64,000 nt of DNA, from contig JAYYZW010000049.1 in assembly GCA_036339995.1 (NCBI GenBank), forward strand, positions 7,927 through 71,926, read 5' to 3'. The notes beneath the pieces were generated by a model. It ran no database searches, was not told the origin of the DNA, and saw nothing but the letters and a program-made list of their open reading frames with translations. The translations under genes were made by a program, and so were the position numbers. Positions 55,065-64,000 of this stretch are shown in pieces. The first letter of the stretch is position 1. Every line of letters starts with the position of its first letter. This stretch comes from Pseudomonadota bacterium (GTDB lineage: Bacteria > Pseudomonadota > Gammaproteobacteria > Ga0077536).

Positions 55065-56108
55065 ATGTCCGATCCCGATCGCATCATTACCGCCGAAGCA
55101 ACGAACGAAGACACCGCTGCCGATGATTCCATCCGACCGCGGCTGCTGGCGGATTTCATCGGCCAGCCGGCCGTGCACGAACAGATGGAGATCTTCATCG
55201 GCGCGGCAGTCAAGCGCGGTGAAGCGCTAGACCATGTGTTGATCTTCGGTCCACCCGGCCTCGGCAAGACCACGCTCGCTCACATCGTAGCGAACGAGAT
55301 GAAGGTCAACCTGCGACAGACCTCGGGGCCGGTACTCGAAAAGCCCGGTGATCTCGCGGCCTTGCTCACCAACCTCGAGCCCCGAGACGTCCTGTTCATC
55401 GATGAAATTCACCGGCTGAGCCCGGTGGTCGAGGAAACCCTCTATCCCGCATTGGAGGACTACCAACTGGACATTATGATCGGAGAAGGGCCGGCCGCCC
55501 GTGCGATCAAGCTCGATCTGCCGAAGTTCACGTTGATCGGGGCGACCACGCGCGCCGGCTTATTAACCTCGCCGCTGCGGGACCGTTTCGGCATTGTGCA
55601 GCGCCTGGAGTTTTATTCGGCCACGGAGCTGGCACGCATCGTGCGGCGCGCCGCGGACATTCTCGGCGTTGCCATCGACGACGGCGGAACGGAGACGATC
55701 GCGGAACGCTCGCGCGGAACGCCTCGAATAGCCAACCGCCTGCTCAGGCGGTCCCGAGATTATGCCGAAATCAAGGCCGACGGGGTGTTGAGCGCGAAAG
55801 TGGCAACACGCGCTCTGGACTTGCTGAATGTGGATCAGCACGGCTTCGATGTGATGGATCGCAAACTGTTGCTGGCGATCATGCAGAAATTCGACGGCGG
55901 GCCAGTCGGGATCGACAATCTGGCAGCAGCGCTCGGCGAGGAACGCGGCACGATCGAAGACGTGATCGAACCGTTTTTGATTCAACAAGGGTTCTTGATG
56001 CGCACTCCAAGAGGGCGCACAGCAACTAAAACGGCCTGGCACCATTTCGGGTTGACGATGCCCGAATCGTTGCGCCAGGCGGATGACTTGTTTCCCCGGG
56101 GCGAGTGA
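55065..56108 (+). CDS. ruvB: Holliday junction DNA helicase RuvB
   Basis: The translation starts [40 protein letters not shown]…, with the Walker A motif [11 protein letters not shown]. The start was chosen by homology; the ORF opens at 55017. Confidence 0.9.
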   Translation: MSDPDRIITAEATNEDTAADDSIRPRLLADFIGQPAVHEQMEIFIGAAVKRGEALDHVLIFGPPGLGKTTLAHIVANEMKVNLRQTSGPVLEKPGDLAALLTNLEPRDVLFIDEIHRLSPVVEETLYPALEDYQLDIMIGEGPAARAIKLDLPKFTLIGATTRAGLLTSPLRDRFGIVQRLEFYSATELARIVRRAADILGVAIDDGGTETIAERSRGTPRIANRLLRRSRDYAEIKADGVLSAKVATRALDLLNVDQHGFDVMDRKLLLAIMQKFDGGPVGIDNLAAALGEERGTIEDVIEPFLIQQGFLMRTPRGRTATKTAWHHFGLTMPESLRQADDLFPRGE

Positions 56109-56136
56109 AGGCCGACAGCGGCTATTGGATTAAGGA

Positions 56137-56288
56137 CCTCTGAATAAGTCATGGCGCGTCTGAATTGTTCATGCGCAGTGCAGATCAAGGCACGAAGCGC
56201 AGGTAATAGCGGGGACTATTGGCAAGGTTCGTAACGTAAGGCTCCGCGATATCATGGGCAAGGCAGATGTGCCATGACTTATTCAGAG
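56137..56288. mobile_element. MITE-like repeat, copy 1 (152 bp; terminal inverted repeats CCTCTGAATAAGTCATGG / CCATGACTTATTCAGAG), ruvB-ybgC intergenic
   Basis: It has perfect 17-bp terminal inverted repeats. The body is about 90% identical to the reverse complement of 61730..61883. It ends 9 nt before the ybgC ATG. Confidence 0.75.
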
Positions 56289-56297
56289 ATTTCTTAA

Positions 56298-56711
56298 ATG
56301 ATAAGCGAACGCTTCGTGTGGCGGGTACGCGTCTATTACGAGGATACGGATGCAGCGGGAATCGTTTATCACGCGAACTATCTCCGCTTCATGGAGCGCG
56401 CGCGGACCGAGTGGCTGCGAGCGTTGGGATTTGAGCAGGATGCCTTGCTCGGCGATTTCAATATCGTGTTCGTCGTCAATCAAACCGATGTGAAATACGT
56501 TCGGGCGGCGCGGTTTAACGAGGAACTTACGGTCACAACCGGACTCGAACGATTGCGCGGAGCAAGCCTGGAGTTCGTGCAGATCATCGAGAACTGCGGT
56601 CAACGGTGCGTTTGTACGGCCAACAACCGCGTTGCCTGCGTCGATGCAAGCTCCTTCAAACCACGGCGAATTCCGGGGCAGATGTTGAGGGTGTTTCAAA
56701 GTGCAAACTGA
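56298..56711 (+). CDS. ybgC: Tol-Pal-associated acyl-CoA thioesterase YbgC
   Basis: 137 aa with a 4HBT hot-dog fold. The translation reads VRVYYEDTDAAGIVYHANYLRFMERARTEWL. Confidence 0.85.
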   Translation: MISERFVWRVRVYYEDTDAAGIVYHANYLRFMERARTEWLRALGFEQDALLGDFNIVFVVNQTDVKYVRAARFNEELTVTTGLERLRGASLEFVQIIENCGQRCVCTANNRVACVDASSFKPRRIPGQMLRVFQSAN

Positions 56712-57375
56712 TTTGTCCATAGCGAGCTTGATCCTGGGGGCGAGCCTGCTCGTTAAATTCGTCATGTTGGTTCTTTTGATTGCGTCCATCGCCTCCTGGG
56801 CCCTGATTTTCGCGAAGCGGCGCCAGATGCTTAAAGCCAAGCGCGACCTCAAGGAATTCGAGGATGAATTCTGGTCGACCGAAGATTTAACGGCGCTCTT
56901 CAATCGAGTTTCTGTGCAGGAATACGAGAAGACCAGTATGGAACGTATATTCGAAGCCGGATTCCGAGAATTCGCGCGGCTACGCAAGCGCGGCGGCATG
57001 GACGCAACGGACATTCTGGATGGTGCGCAGCGCGCCATGAAGGTCGCCGTCAGCCGCGAACTAGAGATGCTGGAAACGAATCTTCCGACACTTGCGACAG
57101 TGGGTTCGGTCAGTCCCTATATCGGTCTTTTTGGAACGGTATGGGGGATCATGAATTCGTTTCAGGCGCTCGGCAACGTCCATCAGGCGACGCTTGCCAT
57201 GGTCGCGCCGGGCATCTCCGAAGCGCTAGTAGCCACCGCAATGGGGTTGTTTGCAGCCATTCCCGCCGTCGTTGCGTACAACCTCTATTCCAGTGATATC
57301 GATCGAATATTCGGGCGATACGATATTTTTCACGAGGAGTTTCTTTCCATCCTGAGGCGCCAGGTACACGATTAA
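56701..57375 (+). CDS. tolQ: Tol-Pal system protein TolQ
   Basis: 224 aa of the MotA/TolQ/ExbB family. It carries …ASWALIFAKRRQ… and 3 TM helices. Confidence 0.92.
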   Translation: MQTDLSIASLILGASLLVKFVMLVLLIASIASWALIFAKRRQMLKAKRDLKEFEDEFWSTEDLTALFNRVSVQEYEKTSMERIFEAGFREFARLRKRGGMDATDILDGAQRAMKVAVSRELEMLETNLPTLATVGSVSPYIGLFGTVWGIMNSFQALGNVHQATLAMVAPGISEALVATAMGLFAAIPAVVAYNLYSSDIDRIFGRYDIFHEEFLSILRRQVHD

Positions 57376-57426
57376 TCAGTAGTTGAGTCATCCGTTTAAT
57401 CAACGACCTGTCAGGAGCCCCACTGC

Positions 57427-57852
57427 ATGCGACCTTCAAATGAACGTCGACGCTTGATGTCGGAAATCAACGTCGTTCCCTATATCGACGTCATGCTTGT
57501 GTTGCTGATTATCTTCATGATCACGGCACCGCTCATCACCCAGGGCGTTAAAATCGATCTGCCGCAGGCGCCCTCCGAGGTGCTTCCTCCAAGCGAGAAT
57601 GAACCGGTGATCGTGACGGTCGATGCCGCCGGCAGTGTGTTCATCGATTTCGGCGAAAATCCCGAGGACGCCGTGACTGAAGAAATTCTCGTTACCCGCA
57701 TCACCGCGCTCAAGAAATATCGCCCGCAGATTGAGGTTTTCGTGGAGGGCGATCGAGCGGTCGATTATGGGCGCGTTGTACGGGTCATGACCCTCCTACA
57801 ACAGGCAGGGGTCGTTTCCGTCGGCCTGATAACGCAGCCGCCGGAACGATAG
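57427..57852 (+). CDS. tolR: Tol-Pal system protein TolR
   Basis: 141 aa of the ExbD/TolR family. The signature is INVVPYIDVMLVLLIIFMITAPL. Confidence 0.92.
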   Translation: MRPSNERRRLMSEINVVPYIDVMLVLLIIFMITAPLITQGVKIDLPQAPSEVLPPSENEPVIVTVDAAGSVFIDFGENPEDAVTEEILVTRITALKKYRPQIEVFVEGDRAVDYGRVVRVMTLLQQAGVVSVGLITQPPER

Positions 57853-57898
57853 AGCGTCGCCGAAATCGTCGAGCCCATTTTCGAAAATCGCCCTGCGA

Positions 57899-58711
57899 AT
57901 GTATTCCAAACGAACTATTACACTTTCAATTCTTCTACACGTCGCGCTCGTGGTGCTCTTGATGGTGAGCGTCGATTTCGCGCCGCGTGAGGTCCGTGCC
58001 GGTGGCAACCGCAAGAAGATCGTACAAGCAGTCGTGGTCGACAATCACGCCGTAAAAGAGGAAGTCAAACGTCTCAAGGCAGCCGAAGAAAAAGCGAGGC
58101 TCGAACGGGCGCAGAAAGTCAAGGAAGCCAAGCGTAAGGTGGCGCAAGCCGAGAAAAAGCGCAAAGCCGAAGAAAAACGGCTGAAGGAACTCAAAGCGGA
58201 GCGAGCGCGTCTCAAGAAGAAGGATGATCAGGCGCGAAAACGGGCGGCTGAGGCGGACAAAAAGCGTGAGGTGGACCTAAAGCGTCTGGCGAAAGAAAAA
58301 GAGCAGCGTGAAGACGCCGAACGCAAAAAACGTGAGACGGAGCTTGCCGCAGCGGAACGCAAAAGAATTGAACGGGCTTTGCAGGATGATCTTGCCGTCG
58401 AGGAAGCGATGCGCCAGGCCGCCGTAGAAAAATCGGAGATCGACCGTTATGTCGCGGCCATTCAAAACCGCGTACGGCAGTCGTTCACGATCCTACCCGG
58501 CCTGGACGGTTTGTCATGCACCTTGCGCATCACCTTGATACCGGGCGGCGAGGTGTCACAGGTACAAGTTATGAAGTCGAGCGGCAACGCCACGTTTGAC
58601 CGACAGGCGGAAAACGCGGTCCGAAAATCGGCGCCCTTACCCGTACCCACGGATCCAAGGCTATTCAAGAAAATGAGGAGCATTTCCTTTGTGTTTGATC
58701 CACAGACTTAG
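57899..58711 (+). CDS. tolA: Tol-Pal system protein TolA
   Basis: 270 aa. It has an N-terminal TM anchor, a long K/E/A/R-rich helical domain II and a C-terminal TolA domain III. Confidence 0.85.
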   Translation: MYSKRTITLSILLHVALVVLLMVSVDFAPREVRAGGNRKKIVQAVVVDNHAVKEEVKRLKAAEEKARLERAQKVKEAKRKVAQAEKKRKAEEKRLKELKAERARLKKKDDQARKRAAEADKKREVDLKRLAKEKEQREDAERKKRETELAAAERKRIERALQDDLAVEEAMRQAAVEKSEIDRYVAAIQNRVRQSFTILPGLDGLSCTLRITLIPGGEVSQVQVMKSSGNATFDRQAENAVRKSAPLPVPTDPRLFKKMRSISFVFDPQT

Positions 58712-60014
58712 TCGGCGCATCACCTACAGTGTGCTGCTCGCCGTCGCGTTGGCCGCAGAGGGTGAAGCGGCAGAGGGTGAATTGATCATTCACATCGATC
58801 AGGGCATCGAATCGGCGCTGCCGATCGCGGTGGTCCCTTTTGCCACGATCGGGGACATGAGCGGCGGCACGGACGTGGCCGCAGTGATCAGTTCGGACCT
58901 CGCGCGCAGCGGACAGTTCGCGCCAATGCCGAAGACGGATTTGCCTTCCCGGCCAGCGAGTTTCTCCGCGATCAATTTCAAGGATTGGCGGCTGCTCGGT
59001 ATGGAGAATCTCGTCATCGGAAAAATCCTGCGCTCGCCCAAAGGCGGATTCGTCGTAGAGTTTCGCGTCATAGATATTTACGGAGGCAAACAACTTCTTG
59101 GATACAGGATCCCGACGTCCGCGGACAACATGCGCTTGACGGCGCACCATGTGAGCGATCTCATATACGAGAAACTGACGAACAGGAAAGGCGCGTTCGC
59201 TACTCGTATCGCATATGTGACGGTCGAACGGACATCCAAAGATCAATCGATATTTCGTCTGCAGGTCGCCGATGCCGACGGCTTTGACCCCCATACCATT
59301 CTGGAATCCTCGCAACCCTTACTGTCTCCGGCCTGGTCACCGGACGGATCGCAGCTCGCCTACGTTTCTTTTGAAGACAAAAATTCGGCCATTTACCTGC
59401 AAAACATCAAAACGGGCCGCAGAAAGAAGATCATATCGGGTGACGGCATTAACAGCGCGCCATCCTTCGCACCCGATGGCGAGCGTCTGGCCGTCACCCT
59501 TTCGCGCGACGGAGACCCCGAGATTTATCGTTATCATCTGGAAACTAGAAAGTTAACGCGCTTGACCAGACATCCCGCCATCGACACCGAAGCCAATTGG
59601 GCGCCCGACGGCAGGAGCATCGTATTCACGTCCGACCGTGGTGGTGGCCCGCAGATCTATCGACTCTTTTTCGACGGCAGCGCGCCGCAGCGGGTAACTT
59701 TCAACATGGGATCCTATAACGCTCGGGCTAGGCATTCGCCCGACGGTAAAAAACTCGCGGTAGTACACGGCGGCGAACGCGGATTTCACATCGCGGTACT
59801 CGATCTGGAAAACGGATTTTTCGAAATTCTGACCAGCGCCCGTTTGGATGAATCGCCGAGCTTTGCACCCAACGGCCGTATAATAATTTATGCGACAATG
59901 GGTCCACGCGGCACGGAATTGGCGGTGACATCAATCGATGGGCGCTTGAAGCAACGACTGGCCTTGCAAACTGGCGAAGTAAGAGAGCCGGTGTGGGGTC
60001 CGTTCAGACAGTAA
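58689..60014 (+). CDS. tolB: Tol-Pal system beta-propeller protein TolB
   Basis: 441 aa. The N-terminal domain has …IAVVPF… It has repeated …SP(A/S)(W/F)(S/A)PDG… propeller blades. Confidence 0.92.
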   Translation: MCLIHRLSRRITYSVLLAVALAAEGEAAEGELIIHIDQGIESALPIAVVPFATIGDMSGGTDVAAVISSDLARSGQFAPMPKTDLPSRPASFSAINFKDWRLLGMENLVIGKILRSPKGGFVVEFRVIDIYGGKQLLGYRIPTSADNMRLTAHHVSDLIYEKLTNRKGAFATRIAYVTVERTSKDQSIFRLQVADADGFDPHTILESSQPLLSPAWSPDGSQLAYVSFEDKNSAIYLQNIKTGRRKKIISGDGINSAPSFAPDGERLAVTLSRDGDPEIYRYHLETRKLTRLTRHPAIDTEANWAPDGRSIVFTSDRGGGPQIYRLFFDGSAPQRVTFNMGSYNARARHSPDGKKLAVVHGGERGFHIAVLDLENGFFEILTSARLDESPSFAPNGRIIIYATMGPRGTELAVTSIDGRLKQRLALQTGEVREPVWGPFRQ

Positions 60015-60078
60015 CTCGGCGAACGTCTGCAATCGGTGACTGGACACCCACCCGGAAGATTATTAGGAGGAAAAGCGT

Positions 60079-60636
60079 ATGAAAGAGGTCGGCTTTAAAC
60101 TCGTGCTCGTGCTGATGGCCGCGATACTGCTGGCTGGATGCGGTGCCGTCGGTGGTAAAAAGGAGCAAGCAACTACTCCCGCGAAGGTCGAGGACCGCAG
60201 TATGGATCGTGCGGAATCCGATGCGGATGCTGATTCCGACGCGCGAACTCAGGGACTTGAAGATGATGAAACAATGTCGGCGGCCGCGCTTGACGATCCT
60301 GACAGCCCGCTTTCAGTGCGCGTCATTTATTTCGACTACGACAGCAGTATCGTGCGGGCGGATTTCAGCGAGATGATCGCCGCCCATGCCGCCTATCTGG
60401 CGGCTAACCCTTCGACCACCGTGACCCTCGAAGGGCATGCGGACGAACGCGGTACCCGCGAATACAACCTGGCGCTCGGAGAACGTCGGGGACTGTCGGT
60501 GCGGCGTCATCTGGTGTTGCTTGGCGCGTCGGCGGGCCAGGTCAAGACGGTGAGTTACGGCGAGGAACGACCGCTCGTCGACGGACATGACGAAGATTCT
60601 TATGCGCTGAACCGATGTGTCGAACTGGTCTATTGA
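60079..60636 (+). CDS. pal: Peptidoglycan-associated lipoprotein Pal
   Basis: 185 aa. The lipobox is LLAGC. The OmpA-like C-terminal domain reads …RVIYFDYDSS…GHADERGTREYNLALGERR… The AGGAGG ribosome-binding site lies upstream. Confidence 0.92.
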   Translation: MKEVGFKLVLVLMAAILLAGCGAVGGKKEQATTPAKVEDRSMDRAESDADADSDARTQGLEDDETMSAAALDDPDSPLSVRVIYFDYDSSIVRADFSEMIAAHAAYLAANPSTTVTLEGHADERGTREYNLALGERRGLSVRRHLVLLGASAGQVKTVSYGEERPLVDGHDEDSYALNRCVELVY

Positions 60637-60645
60637 TAAGGGCCC

Positions 60646-61725
60646 GTGAACTTGGCAATGCTTGGAATGTTTCGAAGGACTCGATCGCAGACACCTCGCA
60701 ACAAGCTTGCCTCGTTGACGGTGATGCTGGGGCTCTTGGCGTGCCTGCCGGCAACCGTGAACGGTCAGACCGAGGGGGGCCTCGCTGGTCGAATGACGCG
60801 CCTGGAACGTGCGCTCGATAGCAAGGGGCTGGTCGAACTGCTCCAACAGCTCGAATTGTTGCAAGCCGAACTCCGGCAACTACGCGGCGAGATGGAAAAT
60901 CAGGTATTCGCTCTAGAGATGGTGCGGAAGAGCCAGCGCGAGGCGTACGCCGACGTCGACCAGCGGCTGGGGCTGATCGAGAATGGCGGGGTCGCCGCCA
61001 CCGTGGCTGCTGTCCCCGGCGTCGCAACCGATCCACCCCTGCCGACTCTTACAACGCCCGCCGGTGGTGTTGTCGCGGGGACCCCTTCCGCTCAGGCTAT
61101 CGCGGTCGATATTCGACCGCCCGCTGTAGCCGCGCTCGCCGTTGGGGCAGATCTGATCGAAGCGGGTGCAGTTGTGCCGGGCGATACGGATGAACTACCA
61201 CTGGACGGAGCGGCGGCAACAGCCGACGTTCCCAGTGATATTGCATTGATGGATTCGACACAACCGCCGGCGAGTACCACGCCGATTATTGACTGGCCCA
61301 CGCCGTCGATCCTGCCGCCGACACCAACGGTTGATAGCGCGGAGTCCAAAGCAGCGTACAGGGGGGCCTTCACCATGTTGAAAGCGGGCCAGTACGACGA
61401 ATGCATCGCGTCGTTCAACAATTTCCTGCGGCAGTATCCATCCAGCCAGTATGCGGATAACGCTCAGTACTGGCTGGGCGAAGCTTATTACGTCATGGGT
61501 CAGTTCGAACCCGCGATCGATCAATACCAAAAACTGGTCAACGGCTACCCTGATAGCAAGAAGCAATCGCACGCGATGCTCAAGATCGCTTACAGCTATC
61601 ACAAACTCGCACTGGCCGAGCAGGCGGTTGGTGTTCTGACTGAACTGAAAAATCGCTTTCCGGGCTCTGCCGCGGCACGCTTCGCCGACGAGCGTTTGAG
61701 GCGAATACGAGCGGAGTCACCCTAA
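60646..61725 (+). CDS. cpoB: Cell-division coordinator CpoB (YbgF) with extended Pro/Thr/Ala-rich linker
   Basis: 359 aa. It has a signal peptide, an N-terminal coiled coil (LQAELRQLRGEMENQ) and C-terminal TPR repeats (…YWLGEAYY…). This is the last gene of the tol-pal cluster. Confidence 0.8.
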   Translation: MNLAMLGMFRRTRSQTPRNKLASLTVMLGLLACLPATVNGQTEGGLAGRMTRLERALDSKGLVELLQQLELLQAELRQLRGEMENQVFALEMVRKSQREAYADVDQRLGLIENGGVAATVAAVPGVATDPPLPTLTTPAGGVVAGTPSAQAIAVDIRPPAVAALAVGADLIEAGAVVPGDTDELPLDGAAATADVPSDIALMDSTQPPASTTPIIDWPTPSILPPTPTVDSAESKAAYRGAFTMLKAGQYDECIASFNNFLRQYPSSQYADNAQYWLGEAYYVMGQFEPAIDQYQKLVNGYPDSKKQSHAMLKIAYSYHKLALAEQAVGVLTELKNRFPGSAAARFADERLRRIRAESP

Positions 61726-61729
61726 GGAA

Positions 61730-61883
61730 CCTCTGAAAAAGTCATGGCACATCTGCCTTGCCTATGAAATTGCGGAGCCTTACGTTACGAACCTTGCCAA
61801 TAGTCCCCGCTATAGTCTGCGATTCGTGCCTTGATCTGCGCGATTTCATGAACAATTCAGACGCACCATGACTTATTCAGAGG
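61730..61883. mobile_element. MITE-like repeat, copy 2 (154 bp), inverted relative to copy 1, cpoB-queE intergenic
   Basis: It starts 5 nt after the cpoB stop and ends 23 nt before the queE ATG. Its terminal inverted repeats are CCTCTGAAAAAGTCATGG / CCATGACTTATTCAGAGG. The reverse complement aligns with 56137..56288 with about 15 differences. Confidence 0.75.
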
Positions 61884-61906
61884 TTCCCTAAACGCCTTCT
61901 CCTTTC

Positions 61907-62578
61907 ATGGATACCCCGCAGCCGACCGCGTCCAACGCGGGTACCTTGCGAATCACCGAAATATTTCTGTCCATTCAGGGCGAATCCACCCGTGTTGGAC
62001 GCCCGACCGTGTTCGTCCGGACCACCGGATGCCCGCTTCGGTGTGTTTACTGTGACACCGCATACGCGTTTTCAGGCGGCCAATTGATGAGCATCGATGC
62101 GATCATCGAGCGAGTAAGGGAACTTAATGTCCCCCGCGTGACTTTGACGGGCGGTGAGCCTCTTGCGCAGAACGGTGCGTTCGAACTCCTCACGCGCTTG
62201 TGTAATGCGAACTTTGAGGTGTCGCTCGAAACGAGCGGTGCATGCGATGTTGCGTGCGTGGATCATCGAGTCATGAAGGTCCTCGACATCAAGACACCCG
62301 GATCGGGCGAGGTCAAGCGCAACCTGTGGTCGAATCTCGGGCATTTACACAAGCCGGACCAGTTGAAGTTCGTCATTTGCGGACGCGCCGATTACGAATG
62401 GAGCCGTGCGAGAATCTCGGAGTTGCAAATCGACGAAGACGTTGAAATCCTTTTATCACCCAGCTACGGCGCCGTCGAAGCGCGGGAACTGGCCGAGTGG
62501 ATACTGGAAGATTCACTGAACGTGCGGCTGCAGGTACAGCTTCATAAATATCTTTGGGGAGACGTCCCTGGACGCTGA
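61907..62578 (+). CDS. queE: 7-carboxy-7-deazaguanine synthase (radical SAM)
   Basis: 223 aa. The translation …[27 protein letters not shown]… carries the Cx14CxxC cluster motif of QueE. Confidence 0.9.
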   Translation: MDTPQPTASNAGTLRITEIFLSIQGESTRVGRPTVFVRTTGCPLRCVYCDTAYAFSGGQLMSIDAIIERVRELNVPRVTLTGGEPLAQNGAFELLTRLCNANFEVSLETSGACDVACVDHRVMKVLDIKTPGSGEVKRNLWSNLGHLHKPDQLKFVICGRADYEWSRARISELQIDEDVEILLSPSYGAVEARELAEWILEDSLNVRLQVQLHKYLWGDVPGR

Positions 62579-62594
62579 GCCTTCGGCAGTCATC

Positions 62595-63269
62595 TTGCTT
62601 TCGGGTGGACTCGATTCCGCGACCGTACTTGCGCTGGCGCGCGGGCGAGGCCACGTCTGCTATGCGCTGAGTATCGATTACGGTCAGCGGCACGCGTGCG
62701 AACTCGAGGCGGCGAAACGCATAGCCGCCGATTTGGGGGCCGTCGAACACCGGATCGTCAAAGTCGATTACGGCCAGTTCGGCGGATCCGCACTGACCGA
62801 CGATGCCATCGCGGTTCCCAATGCGCCGATGTCCGGTATCCCGGTGACCTACGTGCCTGCGCGCAATACGGTCATGCTCGCTATTGCACTGGGTTGGAGT
62901 GAAATTCTCAACGCACGCGAAATTCATATCGGCGTCAACGCCATCGATTACTCCGGTTATCCTGATTGCAGGCCAGAATTCATTCAACAATTCCAGCGCC
63001 TGGCCGCATGGGCAACAAAGGCCGGCGTAGAGGGCCGCGGTGTTTCCATCAAAGCCCCTTTGATCGAGATGAGCAAAGCTGAAATCATCAATAAGGGCAC
63101 CGAGCTAGGCGTCGATTACAGCCTCACGGTGAGTTGTTATCAGCCAAATGACATGACCCTTGCCTGTGGAAGTTGCGATGCATGTCGCATCCGACGCGAT
63201 GGTTTCGCGGCCGCAGGCATTGCCGATCCCACTCGCTACGGAGAATCGTCCAGCGCCCCTATTGGATGA
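62595..63269 (+). CDS. queC: 7-cyano-7-deazaguanine synthase
   Basis: …[18 protein letters not shown]… is a PP-loop ATPase. The C-terminal zinc site is [20 protein letters not shown]. The true start is probably a few codons upstream; there is no in-frame ATG, so it may be a CTG or TTG start. Confidence 0.88.
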   Translation: MLSGGLDSATVLALARGRGHVCYALSIDYGQRHACELEAAKRIAADLGAVEHRIVKVDYGQFGGSALTDDAIAVPNAPMSGIPVTYVPARNTVMLAIALGWSEILNAREIHIGVNAIDYSGYPDCRPEFIQQFQRLAAWATKAGVEGRGVSIKAPLIEMSKAEIINKGTELGVDYSLTVSCYQPNDMTLACGSCDACRIRRDGFAAAGIADPTRYGESSSAPIG

Positions 63270-63515
63270 AGGACGGCGGATGCCGGCGGAGGATAGCTGC
63301 GTTTGAACACCGGCCTGGAGCTCGCCTTCGAGCGGTGGCTATGGCGAAGTGAAAGCCAAGTCCAGATGTGCAGGGAGGCCCCGGTGCCGTCGTAAGTCGC
63401 AAGCAGTGGTACCAATTCCAAGTGGCTGGAACGTCGTCGAACCGCCTGATTATTCCTGTTTACTCAACAGCTTCATCTCAACGCCGGGACCGCCTTAGTG
63501 CAATAAACGGGTTGC

Positions 63516-64000
63516 TTAGATTGTCGGAGCGCCCATTACCGAGGCCAGGCCCGCGGTCAATGTCTCGCGCAGGCGATGGTAGGTATTGTAGAGCGAGCGT
63601 ATCGCCCGAACGTAAATGATGGTCTGGCCGCATCGGCACGGCGTGTCGTCGTTCGACATCGTGCGCATCGCCTGCTCGACGTGCCCGAACCAAAGATTCG
63701 GATCCAAGGCTTGTTTTTGAGCGCGATGTCGTGCCAGGTCGATTCGATTAAACCCGATATTGTATGAGGCCAGCGCAAACCACGTGCGCTCACGCGGAGG
63801 AATCTGATCATCGAAACGGTTCCATAAATAACGCAGGTACTTGATGCCCCCTCGAATCCCCGCTTCCGGGTCGAAGGGATCGCTTACGCCCATGTCATGC
63901 GCAGTGCCGGGCAGGAGCTGCATCAGGCCGAGAGCACCGGCCTCTGATTGCGCGCCCGGGTCGAACTGACTCTCCTGGTACATTTGCGCGACGATCAATC
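63516..64000 (-). CDS. Lytic murein transglycosylase (SLT domain; MltF-like), C-terminal part, N-terminus outside window
   Basis: The SLT catalytic region is …SQFDPGAQSEAGALGLMQLLPGTAHDMG… The ORF runs off the 3' edge of the window. Confidence 0.7.
   Translation of the reverse strand, partial: LIVAQMYQESQFDPGAQSEAGALGLMQLLPGTAHDMGVSDPFDPEAGIRGGIKYLRYLWNRFDDQIPPRERTWFALASYNIGFNRIDLARHRAQKQALDPNLWFGHVEQAMRTMSNDDTPCRCGQTIIYVRAIRSLYNTYHRLRETLTAGLASVMGAPTI

Overview
This 64 kb window is a chromosomal core segment of a high-GC (about 62%) gammaproteobacterium. I found no intact prophage, CRISPR array or classical defence island.

Gene content, 5' to 3':
- yidC (3' part) and mnmE.
- An LPS-core-like cluster of about 6 kb between mnmE and ilvE: GT9, GT4 (frameshifted), GT9, a sulfotransferase-like gene, GT4 and an ELM1-family gene.
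- ilvE, fxsA, cutA-dsbD-tlpA, aroQ, accB/accC, prmA.
- A degraded DUF3426 zinc-ribbon gene.
- dusB-fis, purH, purD, hisH/hisB, hemF.
- A cNMP-binding protein, a Rieske oxygenase and a flavodoxin-like reductase.
- dtd, typA, a rhodanese and a c-type cytochrome.
- A 5' remnant of ppk1, a SAM methyltransferase and a frameshifted comEA-like gene.
- leuS-lptE-holA, proA, nadD-rsfS, maf.
- A pyrophosphate-dependent pfp-hppA pair (PPi-phosphofructokinase plus H+-pyrophosphatase, the arrangement known from Methylococcus-type genomes).
- bepA.
- A small islet of about 2 kb at tRNA-Lys(UUU) carrying an LLM oxidoreductase and a transposase remnant.
- fmdB-aspS, nadA, yebC-ruvCAB.
- The complete ybgC-tolQRA-tolB-pal-cpoB cluster.
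- queE-queC and the 3' part of an SLT-domain lytic transglycosylase.

The most unusual structure visible in the sequence:
- A roughly 155 bp MITE-like element with 17-18 bp terminal inverted repeats occurs in two diverged copies (about 90% identical). The copies lie in mutually inverted orientation and precisely bracket the 5.4 kb tol-pal cluster.
- Fragments of the same family sit directly upstream of the dusB and yebC start codons.
- A second, unrelated repeat of about 175 bp forms homologous leaders upstream of mnmE and purH. Both end in a TTTTGAGATAGGTT motif 7-8 nt before the ATG.

Other points:
- A (CCCCGG)x6 microsatellite lies in the promoter of the Rieske oxygenase.
- An A7 homopolymer frameshift interrupts a GT4 glycosyltransferase.
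- A ppk1 N-terminal stub points to loss of polyphosphate kinase.
- Three frame-disrupted genes in one window also raise the possibility of indel errors in the assembly.
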